Positions 27,625 through 35,937 are shown, numbered from the stretch's first letter. The stretch is DNA of 64,000 nucleotides from Parcubacteria group bacterium (GCA_028286825.1 JAQBQV010000011.1:12920-76919); one strand, 5' to 3'. The notes: generated by a model not told the origin, from the sequence alone. Numbers and translations: made by a program.

Positions 27625-28206
27625 ATGACAGAAGAAACTTGGGAAATTATCGGAAAGGGTTCAAACACAATCGCAAGTAAGTGTGTGCGATACCTCTTGA
27701 GATACGCATGGCTTCGGGTCGCTCAAAGCAATGTGAGAAAGGAGTTCTTTGTCCTGCTAAAGAAAGTCATTACGCAGGAGACTATACAAAAGCTTTCACC
27801 AAAAAAAGACACGCAGGAGACTGAAGTGCCGCTCTATTTCGTCACTATGCTGTCTGGAAGTAAGGCGAAAATTCGTCTTGTCCTCGGCACGGATGAACTA
27901 GCACACAGCAACGTCGCTCTTATCAAGTGCGAGTGCGAAAAGACCGACGGTTGGGAGAACTTTTCGATTTCGAACTATAATTACGATGAGTGGTTCATCG
28001 ATACTGAGGCGATTAGCCTATCGCTTGATACCGAACGCATGGTATTTATCGACACAGAAGGAAAAGCAACGAGGGAACCAATTCTGGAGATCGCTGAAGA
28101 GGGCGAAAAAATTATCATCACTGCGCCAATAAAGGGAATCACGAACGCCGAGTTCGATCAGGCATTCGCAAAAAAGAAAAAGGAAAGGAAGGTCGCCGCT
28201 TCTTGA
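27625..28206 (+). CDS. Hypothetical 193-aa protein (cassette 6).
   Basis: GAGAGGAA RBS. Starts MTEETWEIIGKG. Lys-rich C-terminus. Confidence 0.55.
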   Translation: MTEETWEIIGKGSNTIASKCVRYLLRYAWLRVAQSNVRKEFFVLLKKVITQETIQKLSPKKDTQETEVPLYFVTMLSGSKAKIRLVLGTDELAHSNVALIKCECEKTDGWENFSISNYNYDEWFIDTEAISLSLDTERMVFIDTEGKATREPILEIAEEGEKIIITAPIKGITNAEFDQAFAKKKKERKVAAS

Positions 28207-28213
28207 ACTATTA

Positions 28214-28258
28214 ACCCCTTACAGAGGATGAATCCTCCGTAAGGGGTGATTCATTTCC
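28214..28258 (+). terminator. Hairpin (CCCCTTACAGAGG-loop-CCTCCGTAAGGGG) with a weak T tract.
   Basis: 12-bp stem. The downstream tract is TGATTCATTTCC. Confidence 0.45.
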
Positions 28259-28269
28259 ATACAAAACAA

Positions 28270-28296
28270 GTTCGAACAACCTCTATCCAGCGGAGC
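28270..28296 (+). repeat. Junction box (GTTCGAACAACCTCTATCCAGCGGAGC) plus promoter.
   Basis: TTGACA (28303) -N17- TATACA. Confidence 0.75.
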
Positions 28297-28395
28297 TAGG
28301 GGTTGACAGAGGTGGTGTTGTATGCTATACAAGAGTTAGGCCAAGCCGTATAGGCTTGATGATGAACGTTGTTAAACCACTTCGTGGGAGTTCCA

Positions 28396-28797
28396 ATGCG
28401 CGTTAAAATGAAAGTAAGGGTTTGCTTCGCTGACGCCGAGAAAATGTTTGCCGCTGGAGTTCGAGCGGCAGCGCTCGATTTGGTCACGCTGGCCATGACG
28501 TCAGCAAGCGCCTGGTGGTTTTTGTCCACCGACATGCCAGACTTTCTGGTGCTCGAGAAACTGGCGCTCGCAGTCGGCTGGTTTCTGGTGTTCGTTGCCT
28601 TATGCGGTGGCCTTCCGGAAGTTCTCAAACAGGTGTGGCCCTACTGGCAACTCGCACTTCAGATCTACTGGCGCGAAAGCAGAGTCGGACAACTTTCGCT
28701 CTTCCCTCACGGTGACCATGAAGTCCAAAGGCCGTATGGGCCGGTGGGACGGGAACCGAGCAAGAAAGCGGTGGCGCTAAAGCCCGCCATCAACTGA
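28396..28797 (+). CDS. Small membrane protein with two TM helices (cassette 7).
   Basis: GGGAG RBS. Starts MRVKMKVRV. The + orientation is preferred over the overlapping minus ORF 28296-28628 because it fits the promoter/terminator framing. Confidence 0.45.
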   Translation: MRVKMKVRVCFADAEKMFAAGVRAAALDLVTLAMTSASAWWFLSTDMPDFLVLEKLALAVGWFLVFVALCGGLPEVLKQVWPYWQLALQIYWRESRVGQLSLFPHGDHEVQRPYGPVGREPSKKAVALKPAIN

Positions 28798-28816
28798 CGC
28801 TGACATCAATCATACA

Positions 28817-28858
28817 CACCCGACAGAGCCCCGGCTCCTGTCGGGTGTTCTGTTTTTA
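28817..28858 (+). terminator. Type-A terminator (CACCCGACAGAGCCCCGGCTCCTGTCGGGTG plus T tract).
   Basis: Same hairpin as the copy at 25509. Confidence 0.7.
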
Positions 28859-28871
28859 ATGGACGACAGTG

Positions 28872-28898
28872 GTTCGAACATCCTCTACCCAGCGGAGC
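28872..28898 (+). repeat. Junction box matching the consensus exactly (GTTCGAACATCCTCTACCCAGCGGAGC) plus promoter.
   Basis: TTGACA (28903) -N17- TATGAT. Confidence 0.8.
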
Positions 28899-29023
28899 AA
28901 AATTGACATAGTATGTAGAATGTCATATGATATTTCTGATTCTTAGTCCGTACGGCTAAGTCGCCCCATGGGGTAAGGACGTTATCTGTGCGTCGTCTCA
29001 CGGAGATTAAAAGGAGAGCTCGA

Positions 29024-29458
29024 ATGAGCGATGGAAACGGTCAGTGTTATCAATTGGAATCTGGACCCTCACGAGAAGATTTCTTCGATAGTTTGCGTCT
29101 AGGAATGGAGGCCGAGTCATTACGGGTGCTGGAATTTTGGTGCACACATCAGCGCCCTACAGACTGCACAGGGCGAATCATGTACATCGAAATTCAAGGC
29201 ATTCATCGTTACGGCGAAGAAGAAGACAAGTGGTTCTTCTTCGGTCGTGAACGGGCCTTGATTCTTCTTCCAGATGGTCCCATGGAGGGTTGGAAAGCTC
29301 CCAGTATGGATTTCGCTTTCGGCACGTGGGACACCCAACATCGGAAAGGAGCGGTGATGATGCACAAAAACGGTTCTTTTTTCACTGCACCCATGACTGA
29401 GCGCGAAATTTTCGAACGCGCATACCCCACAGCTAAGAAGCGACCAAGAAGACGTTAA
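29024..29458 (+). CDS. Hypothetical 144-aa protein (cassette 8).
   Basis: AAAAGGAGAG RBS. Starts MSDGNGQCYQLESG. Confidence 0.55.
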   Translation: MSDGNGQCYQLESGPSREDFFDSLRLGMEAESLRVLEFWCTHQRPTDCTGRIMYIEIQGIHRYGEEEDKWFFFGRERALILLPDGPMEGWKAPSMDFAFGTWDTQHRKGAVMMHKNGSFFTAPMTEREIFERAYPTAKKRPRRR

Positions 29459-29461
29459 ACG

Positions 29462-29503
29462 CCGCTCGCCAGATACCGCGTCTGTTCGAGCGGTTTCTGT
29501 TTT
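29462..29503 (+). terminator. Type-B terminator (CCGCTCG-loop-CGAGCGG plus TTTCTGTTTTT).
   Basis: Same stem family as the copy at 33979. Confidence 0.65.
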
Positions 29504-29515
29504 TACTCAGAACAG

Positions 29516-29583
29516 GTTCGAACGTCATCCACCCATCGGAGCCCTCAATAGATTTAGTTCGAACTTCCTCGACCGATAGGAAA
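29516..29583 (+). repeat. Two tandem junction boxes (GTTCGAACGTCATCCACCCATCGGAGC, then a degenerate GTTCGAACTTCCTCGACCGATAGGAAATACC).
   Basis: Second copy 14 nt after the first, with no ORF between them. Confidence 0.6.
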
Positions 29584-29641
29584 TACCCCTTCATAAAAAC
29601 CTCATAGCATACACACGCGTTAGGGTGTACTGTTCCTGTAC

Positions 29642-30655
29642 ATGAACCTACCTAGTTATGGGTTAGATCCTCAGCTTTCAGAAGCAATTTTCGGTACTAT
29701 CCGTGAACCCATGGTCGTACTGAGCGAAGACTTACACGTCATTGTCGCAAGTCGCGCTTTTTATGAAAAATTCCAGACGCCTTTTGGTGATGCTGAAGGT
29801 AAACTGTTCTACGAACTGGGCAATGGGCAATGGAACGTCCCTCGCTTGCGTACCTTGCTTGAAGAGGTAATTCCAAAAAAGAGTGTCGTTCGCGACCATG
29901 AGGTTGAGCATGTGTTCGACCATCTAGGGAAACGAATCATGCTGATTAATGCCCGTGAGATTGTATATGAGAACGGACTAAAAAAAATGCTTCTCTCCAT
30001 CCTTGACGTAACAGAGCTGCGTGCTGGCGAGGAACACAAGCTTCAATTAATGGAGCAAAAGGATACTCTTCTGAAAGAAATGCGGCATCGCATTGCCAAC
30101 AGCCTTCAGCTTATCGCGAGCATTATTCTACTGAAAGCACATACAGTCCCTTCCGAAGAAAGCCGTATGCATCTTGAAGACGCTCACGACCGCATTCTCT
30201 CTATTGCTACCGTACAGAGAAATCTGGATCCAACTGACTCAGGTGCTGAAGTACCAATCACTGAATACTTAAGGACGCTCTGTTCGAGCCTCGCAAAATC
30301 AATGATTGGAGGGCGAAAGCCGATACAGCTTGTTGTGCAGGGAGATGCGAGTACGGTTACGCCCGATGAGGCAATCAGTCTGGGGCTCATGACAACCGAG
30401 CTCGTCATAAATTCACTAAAGCACGCATTCCCATCTGGCGAAGGCAACGTGACCGTGAGTTATCACACGCTAAAGACTGACTGGATTTTGGTGATCAAGG
30501 ACGATGGAGTTGGATATTCCTTAGCGGTAAACAATAAGGAAGACGGGCTCGGGACAAGCATAATCGAGTCCCTCGCAAATCAAATGAAGGCCACCATTAA
30601 GCGAGAAAGTTCACACCTGGGTACGACTGTTTCTGTTGGGAGCGCCGCGACCTAA
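29642..30655 (+). CDS. Cytoplasmic PAS-HisKA_2-HATPase sensor histidine kinase.
   Basis: An N-terminal PAS-like domain, an EMRHRIANSLQLIASIIL HisKA_2 H-box, and a C-terminal ATPase (ELVINSLKHAF ... GLGTSIIESL). Confidence 0.75.
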   Translation: MNLPSYGLDPQLSEAIFGTIREPMVVLSEDLHVIVASRAFYEKFQTPFGDAEGKLFYELGNGQWNVPRLRTLLEEVIPKKSVVRDHEVEHVFDHLGKRIMLINAREIVYENGLKKMLLSILDVTELRAGEEHKLQLMEQKDTLLKEMRHRIANSLQLIASIILLKAHTVPSEESRMHLEDAHDRILSIATVQRNLDPTDSGAEVPITEYLRTLCSSLAKSMIGGRKPIQLVVQGDASTVTPDEAISLGLMTTELVINSLKHAFPSGEGNVTVSYHTLKTDWILVIKDDGVGYSLAVNNKEDGLGTSIIESLANQMKATIKRESSHLGTTVSVGSAAT

Positions 30656-30670
30656 TCCTAAGATACGTAC

Positions 30671-30697
30671 GTTCGAACTTCCTCTAGCCAGTGGAGC
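30671..30697 (+). repeat. Junction box (GTTCGAACTTCCTCTAGCCAGTGGAGC) plus promoter.
   Basis: TTGATA (30705) -N17- TATATA. No terminator separates the kinase stop from this box. Confidence 0.75.
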
Positions 30698-30787
30698 ATG
30701 GGGGTTGATATGTAATAAGAATTGTTTTATATAAAGAAAGGCGAGTCTCTTCAGGCTCACAGTTCAAACTTCCATTAGGAGAAAGCT

Positions 30788-31192
30788 ATGGCAAAGGATG
30801 TCAGCGCTGCAGAGCAGTCAGGACTCTCGTTTAAGGAGCGTTGCACGCATGCGAAGGAATACGTCGAGGCGCAGTGGACCTTCATCCAGAACAACGCCAC
30901 AATTGCACTCATGGGTCAGCAGGCGAATGCCACCGACTCCGTGGAACACGAACGGCAACAGGAGCGCCGCCTCGCGGAAATCGCAGATGCAGACCTGCGA
31001 CAAGACCTTCGAGAGTCATTCGGCGAATTGTCCAGTCGCATGGAAAAGTTTTACAGCAAACTCAAAGAAGCCGATCGTGAGCTGATGCAAAAGCTCTGGT
31101 CGCTCACAATCGAGAGCTGCAAAAGCCTGTATGGCGAGGATGCCACCGCTGTGGCACTCAATCAGACAAATCGCGCCCGCCAAGGCAATTGA
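30788..31192 (+). CDS. Hypothetical 134-aa protein (cassette 10, gene 1).
   Basis: AGGAGAAAG RBS. Helical, charged composition. Confidence 0.55.
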   Translation: MAKDVSAAEQSGLSFKERCTHAKEYVEAQWTFIQNNATIALMGQQANATDSVEHERQQERRLAEIADADLRQDLRESFGELSSRMEKFYSKLKEADRELMQKLWSLTIESCKSLYGEDATAVALNQTNRARQGN

Positions 31193-31218
31193 CATCATCA
31201 GTCTGAAAGGAATCGACG

Positions 31219-31401
31219 ATGGTATCGGACGAGAGTATCGGAAAAGAGTTTGGACTGACCCAAGCTCAGACTGCCGCGCTTCTTCATGACGACCCTGCCT
31301 GGGCGCTACACATTGGCCTCGAGAACTTCCAATCAAATGGACCGATGGCCGACTTCCTAAGGAGGAAGATCGCTAATGCAGAAAGTGATATTACCGCTTA
31401 A
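31219..31401 (+). CDS. Hypothetical 60-aa protein (cassette 10, gene 2).
   Basis: AAAGGAATCG RBS. A type-A terminator follows. Confidence 0.4.
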   Translation: MVSDESIGKEFGLTQAQTAALLHDDPAWALHIGLENFQSNGPMADFLRRKIANAESDITA

Positions 31402-31411
31402 TTTTCATCAA

Positions 31412-31452
31412 CGCCCGACGGAGTCCCGGCTCCTGTCGGGTGTCTCTTTTAT
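31412..31452 (+). terminator. Type-A terminator variant (CGCCCGACGGAGTCCCGGCTCCTGTCGGGTG plus T tract).
   Basis: Hairpin plus CTCTTTTAT. Confidence 0.65.
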
Positions 31453-31464
31453 ACGAACGAATCA

Positions 31465-31491
31465 GTTCGAACATCCTCCGGCCAGCGGAGC
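31465..31491 (+). repeat. Junction box (GTTCGAACATCCTCCGGCCAGCGGAGC) plus promoter.
   Basis: TTGACG (31498) -N17- TATTCT. Confidence 0.75.
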
Positions 31492-31609
31492 CAGCTATTG
31501 ACGTAATCTATATAACGTGCTATTCTGTTCACAGGACTGAATGGCTGCATTGAAGCCATTTGGTGACCTGATCCGATATTTGATAAATTATATATGAGGA
31601 GTGCCGACT

Positions 31610-31891
31610 ATGAAATTTCGCTACAGTGTCATCATTGCAGCGCTGATCGGGCTCGCAGCATGCGAGAAAGCACCACTTCGCACCGAATCCAGCAATAACG
31701 CGCAGATCAACGTCCAACTGCTTTTCGAGCATGATGGATGCAAGATCTACCGTTTCGCGGACAATGGCTACAACCTCTACTTCACGAAGTGTGACCGCGG
31801 CCAAAGCCACGTAAGCTGGAACCAAACGATGATGGTCGGGAAAGCTGTACTCACAAGGCCTATGGAGGTACAGACCAATTACGACCAATGA
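31610..31891 (+). CDS. Small lipoprotein (cassette 11).
   Basis: GAGGAG RBS. Signal peptide plus lipobox (MKFRYSVIIAALIGLAAC). Confidence 0.6.
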   Translation: MKFRYSVIIAALIGLAACEKAPLRTESSNNAQINVQLLFEHDGCKIYRFADNGYNLYFTKCDRGQSHVSWNQTMMVGKAVLTRPMEVQTNYDQ

Positions 31892-31913
31892 CACTGGTCA
31901 ACGACCTCATTAA

Positions 31914-31956
31914 CGCCCGACAGAGCCCCGGCTCCTGTCGGGCGTCTCTTTTTATA
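31914..31956 (+). terminator. Type-A terminator.
   Basis: CGCCCGACAGAGCCCCGGCTCCTGTCGGGCG plus TCTCTTTTTAT. Confidence 0.7.
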
Positions 31957-31996
31957 CAAGATTTGGAATGTAATATGTCCCCTTCTCTCCTTGTAT

Positions 31997-32027
31997 CCAA
32001 GTTCTAATAGCCTCAGCAGTGCGGAGC
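31997..32027 (+). repeat. Junction box, variant class (CCAAGTTCTAATAGCCTCAGCAGTGCGGAGC) plus promoter.
   Basis: Identical to the box at 24642. TTGACA (32033) -N17- TATATA. Confidence 0.75.
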
Positions 32028-32107
32028 AAAATTTGACATTTATATTATAGTGTTTTATATATAAGTTGGGCAACCTAGTTCATCACTTACCTCGAAAGGA
32101 GGCGCAC

Positions 32108-32704
32108 GTGAAAGATTTCGCTTTCGCTCTTAATGTCTTCGGCGCTTGTCTCGGGTCCCTTACTGCTTGCTTATACGCCCTGCGTGTTTGGCAAAAAAAG
32201 GAGTGTGCCAATCTAGCGACCTGGTCCATCATCTTTATTTTGGATTTCGTCGGCCTTTATCTCACGTATGTCACCGGCAACCACGAGCCATATATCCAGA
32301 TCGGCTGGTGCATAGCGGTAACGCTCATCGTCGCCGCCGCTTGGATACGTAAAGGTGATTGGTTATGGAAAGGGACTGACACTGTCGTACTCGTCACTTG
32401 TGCCATGTCAGTACTCGTGTGGGTTACGAGCAAGGAAGTCTTCCTTTCCCTGTTTGGTTATCTCGCCGCGGTATACGGATCGTCCATACCGCAAGCAAGA
32501 GACTATACCAGTGATCCGCATGCCGCACATAAAAGTGCCTGGATGTGGCAGTTGAGTCTGATCGCAATTCTGTTTCCAATATCGGCAAAGCTGCTCGATG
32601 GTAAATACGGCATCGAACACACATTGGTGTACGTTGCGTTGTTTGTACTTAACATCATCATGGCAGCGCTCTGCATGCGGCGGACTACCCGCCACACTTT
32701 CTAA
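32108..32704 (+). CDS. Polytopic membrane protein with about 6 TM helices (cassette 12, gene 1).
   Basis: AAGGAGG RBS and a GTG start (MKDFAFALNVFGACLG...). Confidence 0.55.
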   Translation: MKDFAFALNVFGACLGSLTACLYALRVWQKKECANLATWSIIFILDFVGLYLTYVTGNHEPYIQIGWCIAVTLIVAAAWIRKGDWLWKGTDTVVLVTCAMSVLVWVTSKEVFLSLFGYLAAVYGSSIPQARDYTSDPHAAHKSAWMWQLSLIAILFPISAKLLDGKYGIEHTLVYVALFVLNIIMAALCMRRTTRHTF

Positions 32705-32716
32705 AAGGAACCTCAG

Positions 32717-32953
32717 ATGCAAACCCCGGAAGAAGTCAGCGTAGTAAGTCACGTGCCGTTAGTTCTCGTCTTGAGTCTACCGGACGGCTGCACATCAGGT
32801 AGATGGGAGGCGGCAGAATCATTCGCCGCTAGCATCACCCGGGCTCGTCAGTTGTATCCCGGCCGCCAGTTCCAATTCATACCCTTTTCCTACAAGACAG
32901 ACGGCGACGGAAAAGATCCCGCATTGGAAACGATGCTCGCAATCGCACAATAA
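32717..32953 (+). CDS. Hypothetical 78-aa protein (cassette 12, gene 2).
   Basis: AAAGGAAC RBS. A type-A terminator follows. Confidence 0.4.
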   Translation: MQTPEEVSVVSHVPLVLVLSLPDGCTSGRWEAAESFAASITRARQLYPGRQFQFIPFSYKTDGDGKDPALETMLAIAQ

Positions 32954-32957
32954 CAAC

Positions 32958-32998
32958 CACCCGACGGAGCCCCGGCTCCTGTCGGGTGTCTTCGTTTT
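32958..32998 (+). terminator. Type-A terminator.
   Basis: CACCCGACGGAGCCCCGGCTCCTGTCGGGTG plus TCTTCGTTTTCAT. Confidence 0.65.
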
Positions 32999-33006
32999 CA
33001 TACACG

Positions 33007-33034
33007 GATTCGAACATCCTCCAGCCAGCGGAGC
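33007..33034 (+). repeat. Junction box (GATTCGAACATCCTCCAGCCAGCGGAGC) plus promoter.
   Basis: TTGACA (33041) -N17- TATATA. Confidence 0.75.
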
Positions 33035-33127
33035 TAGAAATTGACAAACGCTATTAGTTATGCTATATAAACTGGGTGCTAAGTTCCTTAGCTAAGACAT
33101 ACTTCACTTAAGAACAGGAGGAAGCAG

Positions 33128-33697
33128 ATGAAAAAGGTACTGCCTTGCTTGATAATTGTCCTCATCGGGAGCGTCATTTCTGTAGTGTTCGAGAATCGGT
33201 CCGGCATGATGAATGCCTTACAGACCGCAGGAATTCAATGGACGACGTCGGTCGTCTTCGCTATCGGGGCAGGCACCGGCATGTTCGCCTATCGGCTCCT
33301 CAGGAAAGCGACGCTCGAAAGTATGAGTATGCTGTGGCAGCGCTTGTTCAAAGGGGTGCTTCTCGTTGGTCTGTGCTCCTTGTTCATCTTTGCGGCGGAT
33401 TACGAACATAAGAGACGCGAGTCAAAAAGCGTAGAGCATCTTTCATATCACAAATACTACAAAGCTGGTGATCTAGTGGAGATGCGGACGGACGGACGGA
33501 GAGGGGTCGTTCTTGAAGTGTCGGGGTGCCTGTCAACGCATATGGACAGTCATCGTTCATGCAATTACAGCGTGCGCTTCCCCAGCTCCGCTGTACGTAC
33601 TAATACTCACCTGCTCGATCCTGATGGACCGATTCGTGCAGTGCCGTATGAGGTGTTGATCGTTTACGACTACGAACTCACACGTGCCCAGACATGA
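33128..33697 (+). CDS. Membrane protein with 3 TM helices and a C-terminal soluble domain (cassette 13, gene 1).
   Basis: AGGAGGAAG RBS. 189 aa. Confidence 0.6.
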   Translation: MKKVLPCLIIVLIGSVISVVFENRSGMMNALQTAGIQWTTSVVFAIGAGTGMFAYRLLRKATLESMSMLWQRLFKGVLLVGLCSLFIFAADYEHKRRESKSVEHLSYHKYYKAGDLVEMRTDGRRGVVLEVSGCLSTHMDSHRSCNYSVRFPSSAVRTNTHLLDPDGPIRAVPYEVLIVYDYELTRAQT

Positions 33698-33751
33698 ACT
33701 CATAAAGTCGGTCGGGGTGCTTTGTTTCTAATCCACTTGAGGAGAATCAGC

Positions 33752-33961
33752 ATGGCAACAATCGGCATAGCATTCGACGCGTTCCCGGAACAAGGCATAT
33801 ACCTCGGTAAGAAAGTACGTGTCTGTTTTAGCTACGACAAGTCGCGAACAATTGACGGAACGGTTGTCCGGGACGACATTGAAGATCCGGGACATACCAT
33901 CATAAAGCTCGAAGATGGTCGCCACGTCCTGGCAACTGAGTGCCAATACCAGCCGCTGTAA
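33752..33961 (+). CDS. Hypothetical 69-aa protein (cassette 13, gene 2).
   Basis: GAGGAGAATC RBS. Starts MATIGIAF. Confidence 0.4.
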   Translation: MATIGIAFDAFPEQGIYLGKKVRVCFSYDKSRTIDGTVVRDDIEDPGHTIIKLEDGRHVLATECQYQPL

Positions 33962-33978
33962 AGTGCTTACGACGCAAT

Positions 33979-34020
33979 CCGCTCGACAGACACCGAGTCT
34001 GTTCGAGCGGTTCTGTTTTT
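33979..34020 (+). terminator. Type-B terminator.
   Basis: CCGCTCGACAGACACCGAGTCTGTTCGAGCGG plus TTCTGTTTTT. Confidence 0.65.
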
Positions 34021-34028
34021 AAACACAG

Positions 34029-34055
34029 GTTCGAACATCTTCTATCCAGCAGAGC
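34029..34055 (+). repeat. Junction box (GTTCGAACATCTTCTATCCAGCAGAGC) plus a weaker promoter.
   Basis: CTGACT-N16-TATAGT. Confidence 0.65.
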
Positions 34056-34139
34056 TGACTTTTTTAGTAATTGTGCTATAGTTAAGATAGAAGTTGCACT
34101 GGGTTAACCAAGCAGTCTTACCACCGTGAAGGAATTCTG

Positions 34140-34820
34140 ATGACCCTATTCAAAGCCGTTCTGTTCTTACTCTCTAGCGTTATTGCCTGTGCTCCGTGCG
34201 GAGCACAGCAACAACTGACTCAACAAACGTTGATACAGCAGGTGCTCAATCCCTTGCGTCAGCATATTGTTGCTTCGTATCCAATCTCAGATCTGAAAGT
34301 GAAGTTCGTTGATGCCCTCGGCGATTCCGCTGTTACGCTTGCAGTCGCGCAAAGATACTCGGTAGTTGGAGGGCATGGCATTGGCGGAGATACACCACTA
34401 GCTTTTAGCGGCCCTCGACCCGATGGGGCAGGGCCTGCCGTGATCATCGTTTTCGAGAACTTCGTCGAGCGAATGCAGTACGGAGTAAAGTTCGCGAAGA
34501 GCCAGAAAGAGTACGAAGAGTACCTTGAAGACTTGCTCATTGGTGTGTACTTGCACGAGTACTACCACATCAAGAAGCAAGGATTCTGGAAACTCAATAA
34601 TACTCGAGCCGAGATGATTGCATTCGAAGCTGATTGCTGGAAATACACTGTGGAGGAAATACTTCTGCCCATGCAGCGAGGTGGGCGAGGCAAATTGCTA
34701 CCAGGCACCTTTGATGACACTGTTCTTGCTCTTTACACAGAGCTTAAGGGTAAGACATCCGATCCTCGATGGAAGAAGTTGTTTGAGGATACGTACGGCA
34801 AGAGCAAGCCAAGTTCGTAG
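34140..34820 (+). CDS. Secreted protein with a HEYYH (HExxH) motif (cassette 14).
   Basis: AAGGAA RBS. Signal peptide (MTLFKAVLFLLSSVIACAPCGAQ). A GVYLHEYYHIKKQ motif. Confidence 0.55.
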   Translation: MTLFKAVLFLLSSVIACAPCGAQQQLTQQTLIQQVLNPLRQHIVASYPISDLKVKFVDALGDSAVTLAVAQRYSVVGGHGIGGDTPLAFSGPRPDGAGPAVIIVFENFVERMQYGVKFAKSQKEYEEYLEDLLIGVYLHEYYHIKKQGFWKLNNTRAEMIAFEADCWKYTVEEILLPMQRGGRGKLLPGTFDDTVLALYTELKGKTSDPRWKKLFEDTYGKSKPSS

Positions 34821-34837
34821 TCTGCAATGCACTATCA

Positions 34838-34872
34838 ACCACCAGACAGCGTAAGCTGCTTCGGTGGTTTAC
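34838..34872 (+). terminator. Hairpin terminator (AACCACC-loop-GGTGGTT plus TACGTTTTCAT).
   Basis: 7-bp stem, long loop, weak T tract. A TTGACA promoter at 34919 follows without a canonical box. Confidence 0.4.
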
Positions 34873-35024
34873 GTTTTCATGACATCAAATTATCCATGAT
34901 CCAATGTGGAGAGTTTAATTGACAATTATGTAAACACGTACAATAGTAAATATAGTTTCACTTCTGCTGTCTGCAGAGCATATCCTGTTCATTCTCTGTT
35001 TCTGTTATTCACGAGGAGGCTTCG

Positions 35025-35447
35025 ATGACGTCCGGACTCGTTTCGCCAATGTACCCTGTACTCCACTTCCCTATTCCGGGACAGCCCAGGGAGATATGCC
35101 TAATAGCGTCACAGCAACACTTTGGAATCCTTATTCCGATTGAAAGCTGGGACGAGGCAGTACTCAGGCCCCTCTTCAACTCGACGCTGGATACTTTTTC
35201 GTTGTGGTATCAGAAATATGTCGATTTTGTGAAAGGGCTAGAAAAACATACTCTCCCGCCGCCGCCGAAAGATGATATCGTGCTTTTTGCTGACGTCTTT
35301 TCGACCACTAAACCTACTGCGGCAGATCTGCCCGAACACAGGATTAGTACAGCGACAATGGAGGGCGGGGGCGATTTCCTCTTTGTGAGAGAAAGAGGCG
35401 TGCAAATTGGTGAGTTCTTCCATCAGTCATTGACGATTCGCCAGTAA
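35025..35447 (+). CDS. Hypothetical 140-aa protein (cassette 15).
   Basis: GAGGAGG RBS. A terminator follows. Confidence 0.5.
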   Translation: MTSGLVSPMYPVLHFPIPGQPREICLIASQQHFGILIPIESWDEAVLRPLFNSTLDTFSLWYQKYVDFVKGLEKHTLPPPPKDDIVLFADVFSTTKPTAADLPEHRISTATMEGGGDFLFVRERGVQIGEFFHQSLTIRQ

Positions 35448-35469
35448 CCGAGACTCCGTTTACGACTCA

Positions 35470-35512
35470 ACCGCCACCAACAGAACCGTTGGGAGGCGGT
35501 TCATCATTTCAT
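35470..35512 (+). terminator. Intrinsic terminator (AACCGCC-loop-GGCGGTT plus CATCATTTCATT).
   Basis: 7-bp GC-rich stem. Confidence 0.5.
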
Positions 35513-35522
35513 TAAGCAGTAG

Positions 35523-35606
35523 TTCGAACATCCTCTACCACCACAAAAGAGTACTTCCATTTTTATAGTCGCTCTGCTCCTTAAAAATTAGGTCGCCAGC
35601 GGAGCC
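35523..35606 (+). repeat. Split junction box. GTTCGAACATCCTCTACCA, then a 55-nt hairpin insertion, then CCAGCGGAGC.
   Basis: Insertion 35542-35596 starts CCACAAAAGAGTACTTCCATTT and ends AAATTAGGTCG, with an internal stem ATTTTTA/TAAAAAT. It is homologous to the 27005-27058 insert, and the stems differ in a compensatory way. TATAAT lies at 35633. Confidence 0.7.
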
Positions 35607-35644
35607 CTGAATGGACTTAGTTCGAAACTGGTATAATTTTTCCA

Positions 35645-35914
35645 ATGAACACGGGTCGATCCGACAATTCACTAGAGAGTTTCGACCGCACAAAATTCAT
35701 TGCGAAAATTTTGGCCGTTATCATAACTACCTTTGCGATATTTTTCGCAGCGTTATTTTTTCCTGACCATTGCTACGCTAATTGTCGCATTTCTGTTTAT
35801 TATATTGACCGTCCTCAGACGTGGTTTGAGCTGGGCGTTTGGTTTATCGCTAGTCTGGCCTTTTCCACCTATCTAGTCTTTTTTAGAAAAGGAAAAAAAC
35901 TTTCTCTGGTATAG
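35645..35914 (+). CDS. Small membrane protein with 2 TM helices (cassette 16).
   Basis: 89 aa (FIAKILAVIITTFAIFFAALFF ... WFIASLAFSTYLVFF). Confidence 0.45.
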   Translation: MNTGRSDNSLESFDRTKFIAKILAVIITTFAIFFAALFFPDHCYANCRISVYYIDRPQTWFELGVWFIASLAFSTYLVFFRKGKKLSLV

Positions 35915-35937
35915 CCTTTTATCGTTCTTTAATACAC

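Noticed and set aside
28296-28628. 110-aa minus-strand ORF within cassette 7.
   Set aside because: It competes with the plus-strand ORF (28396-28797), which is correctly framed by the box/promoter upstream and a type-A terminator downstream. The minus ORF was kept as the less likely alternative.
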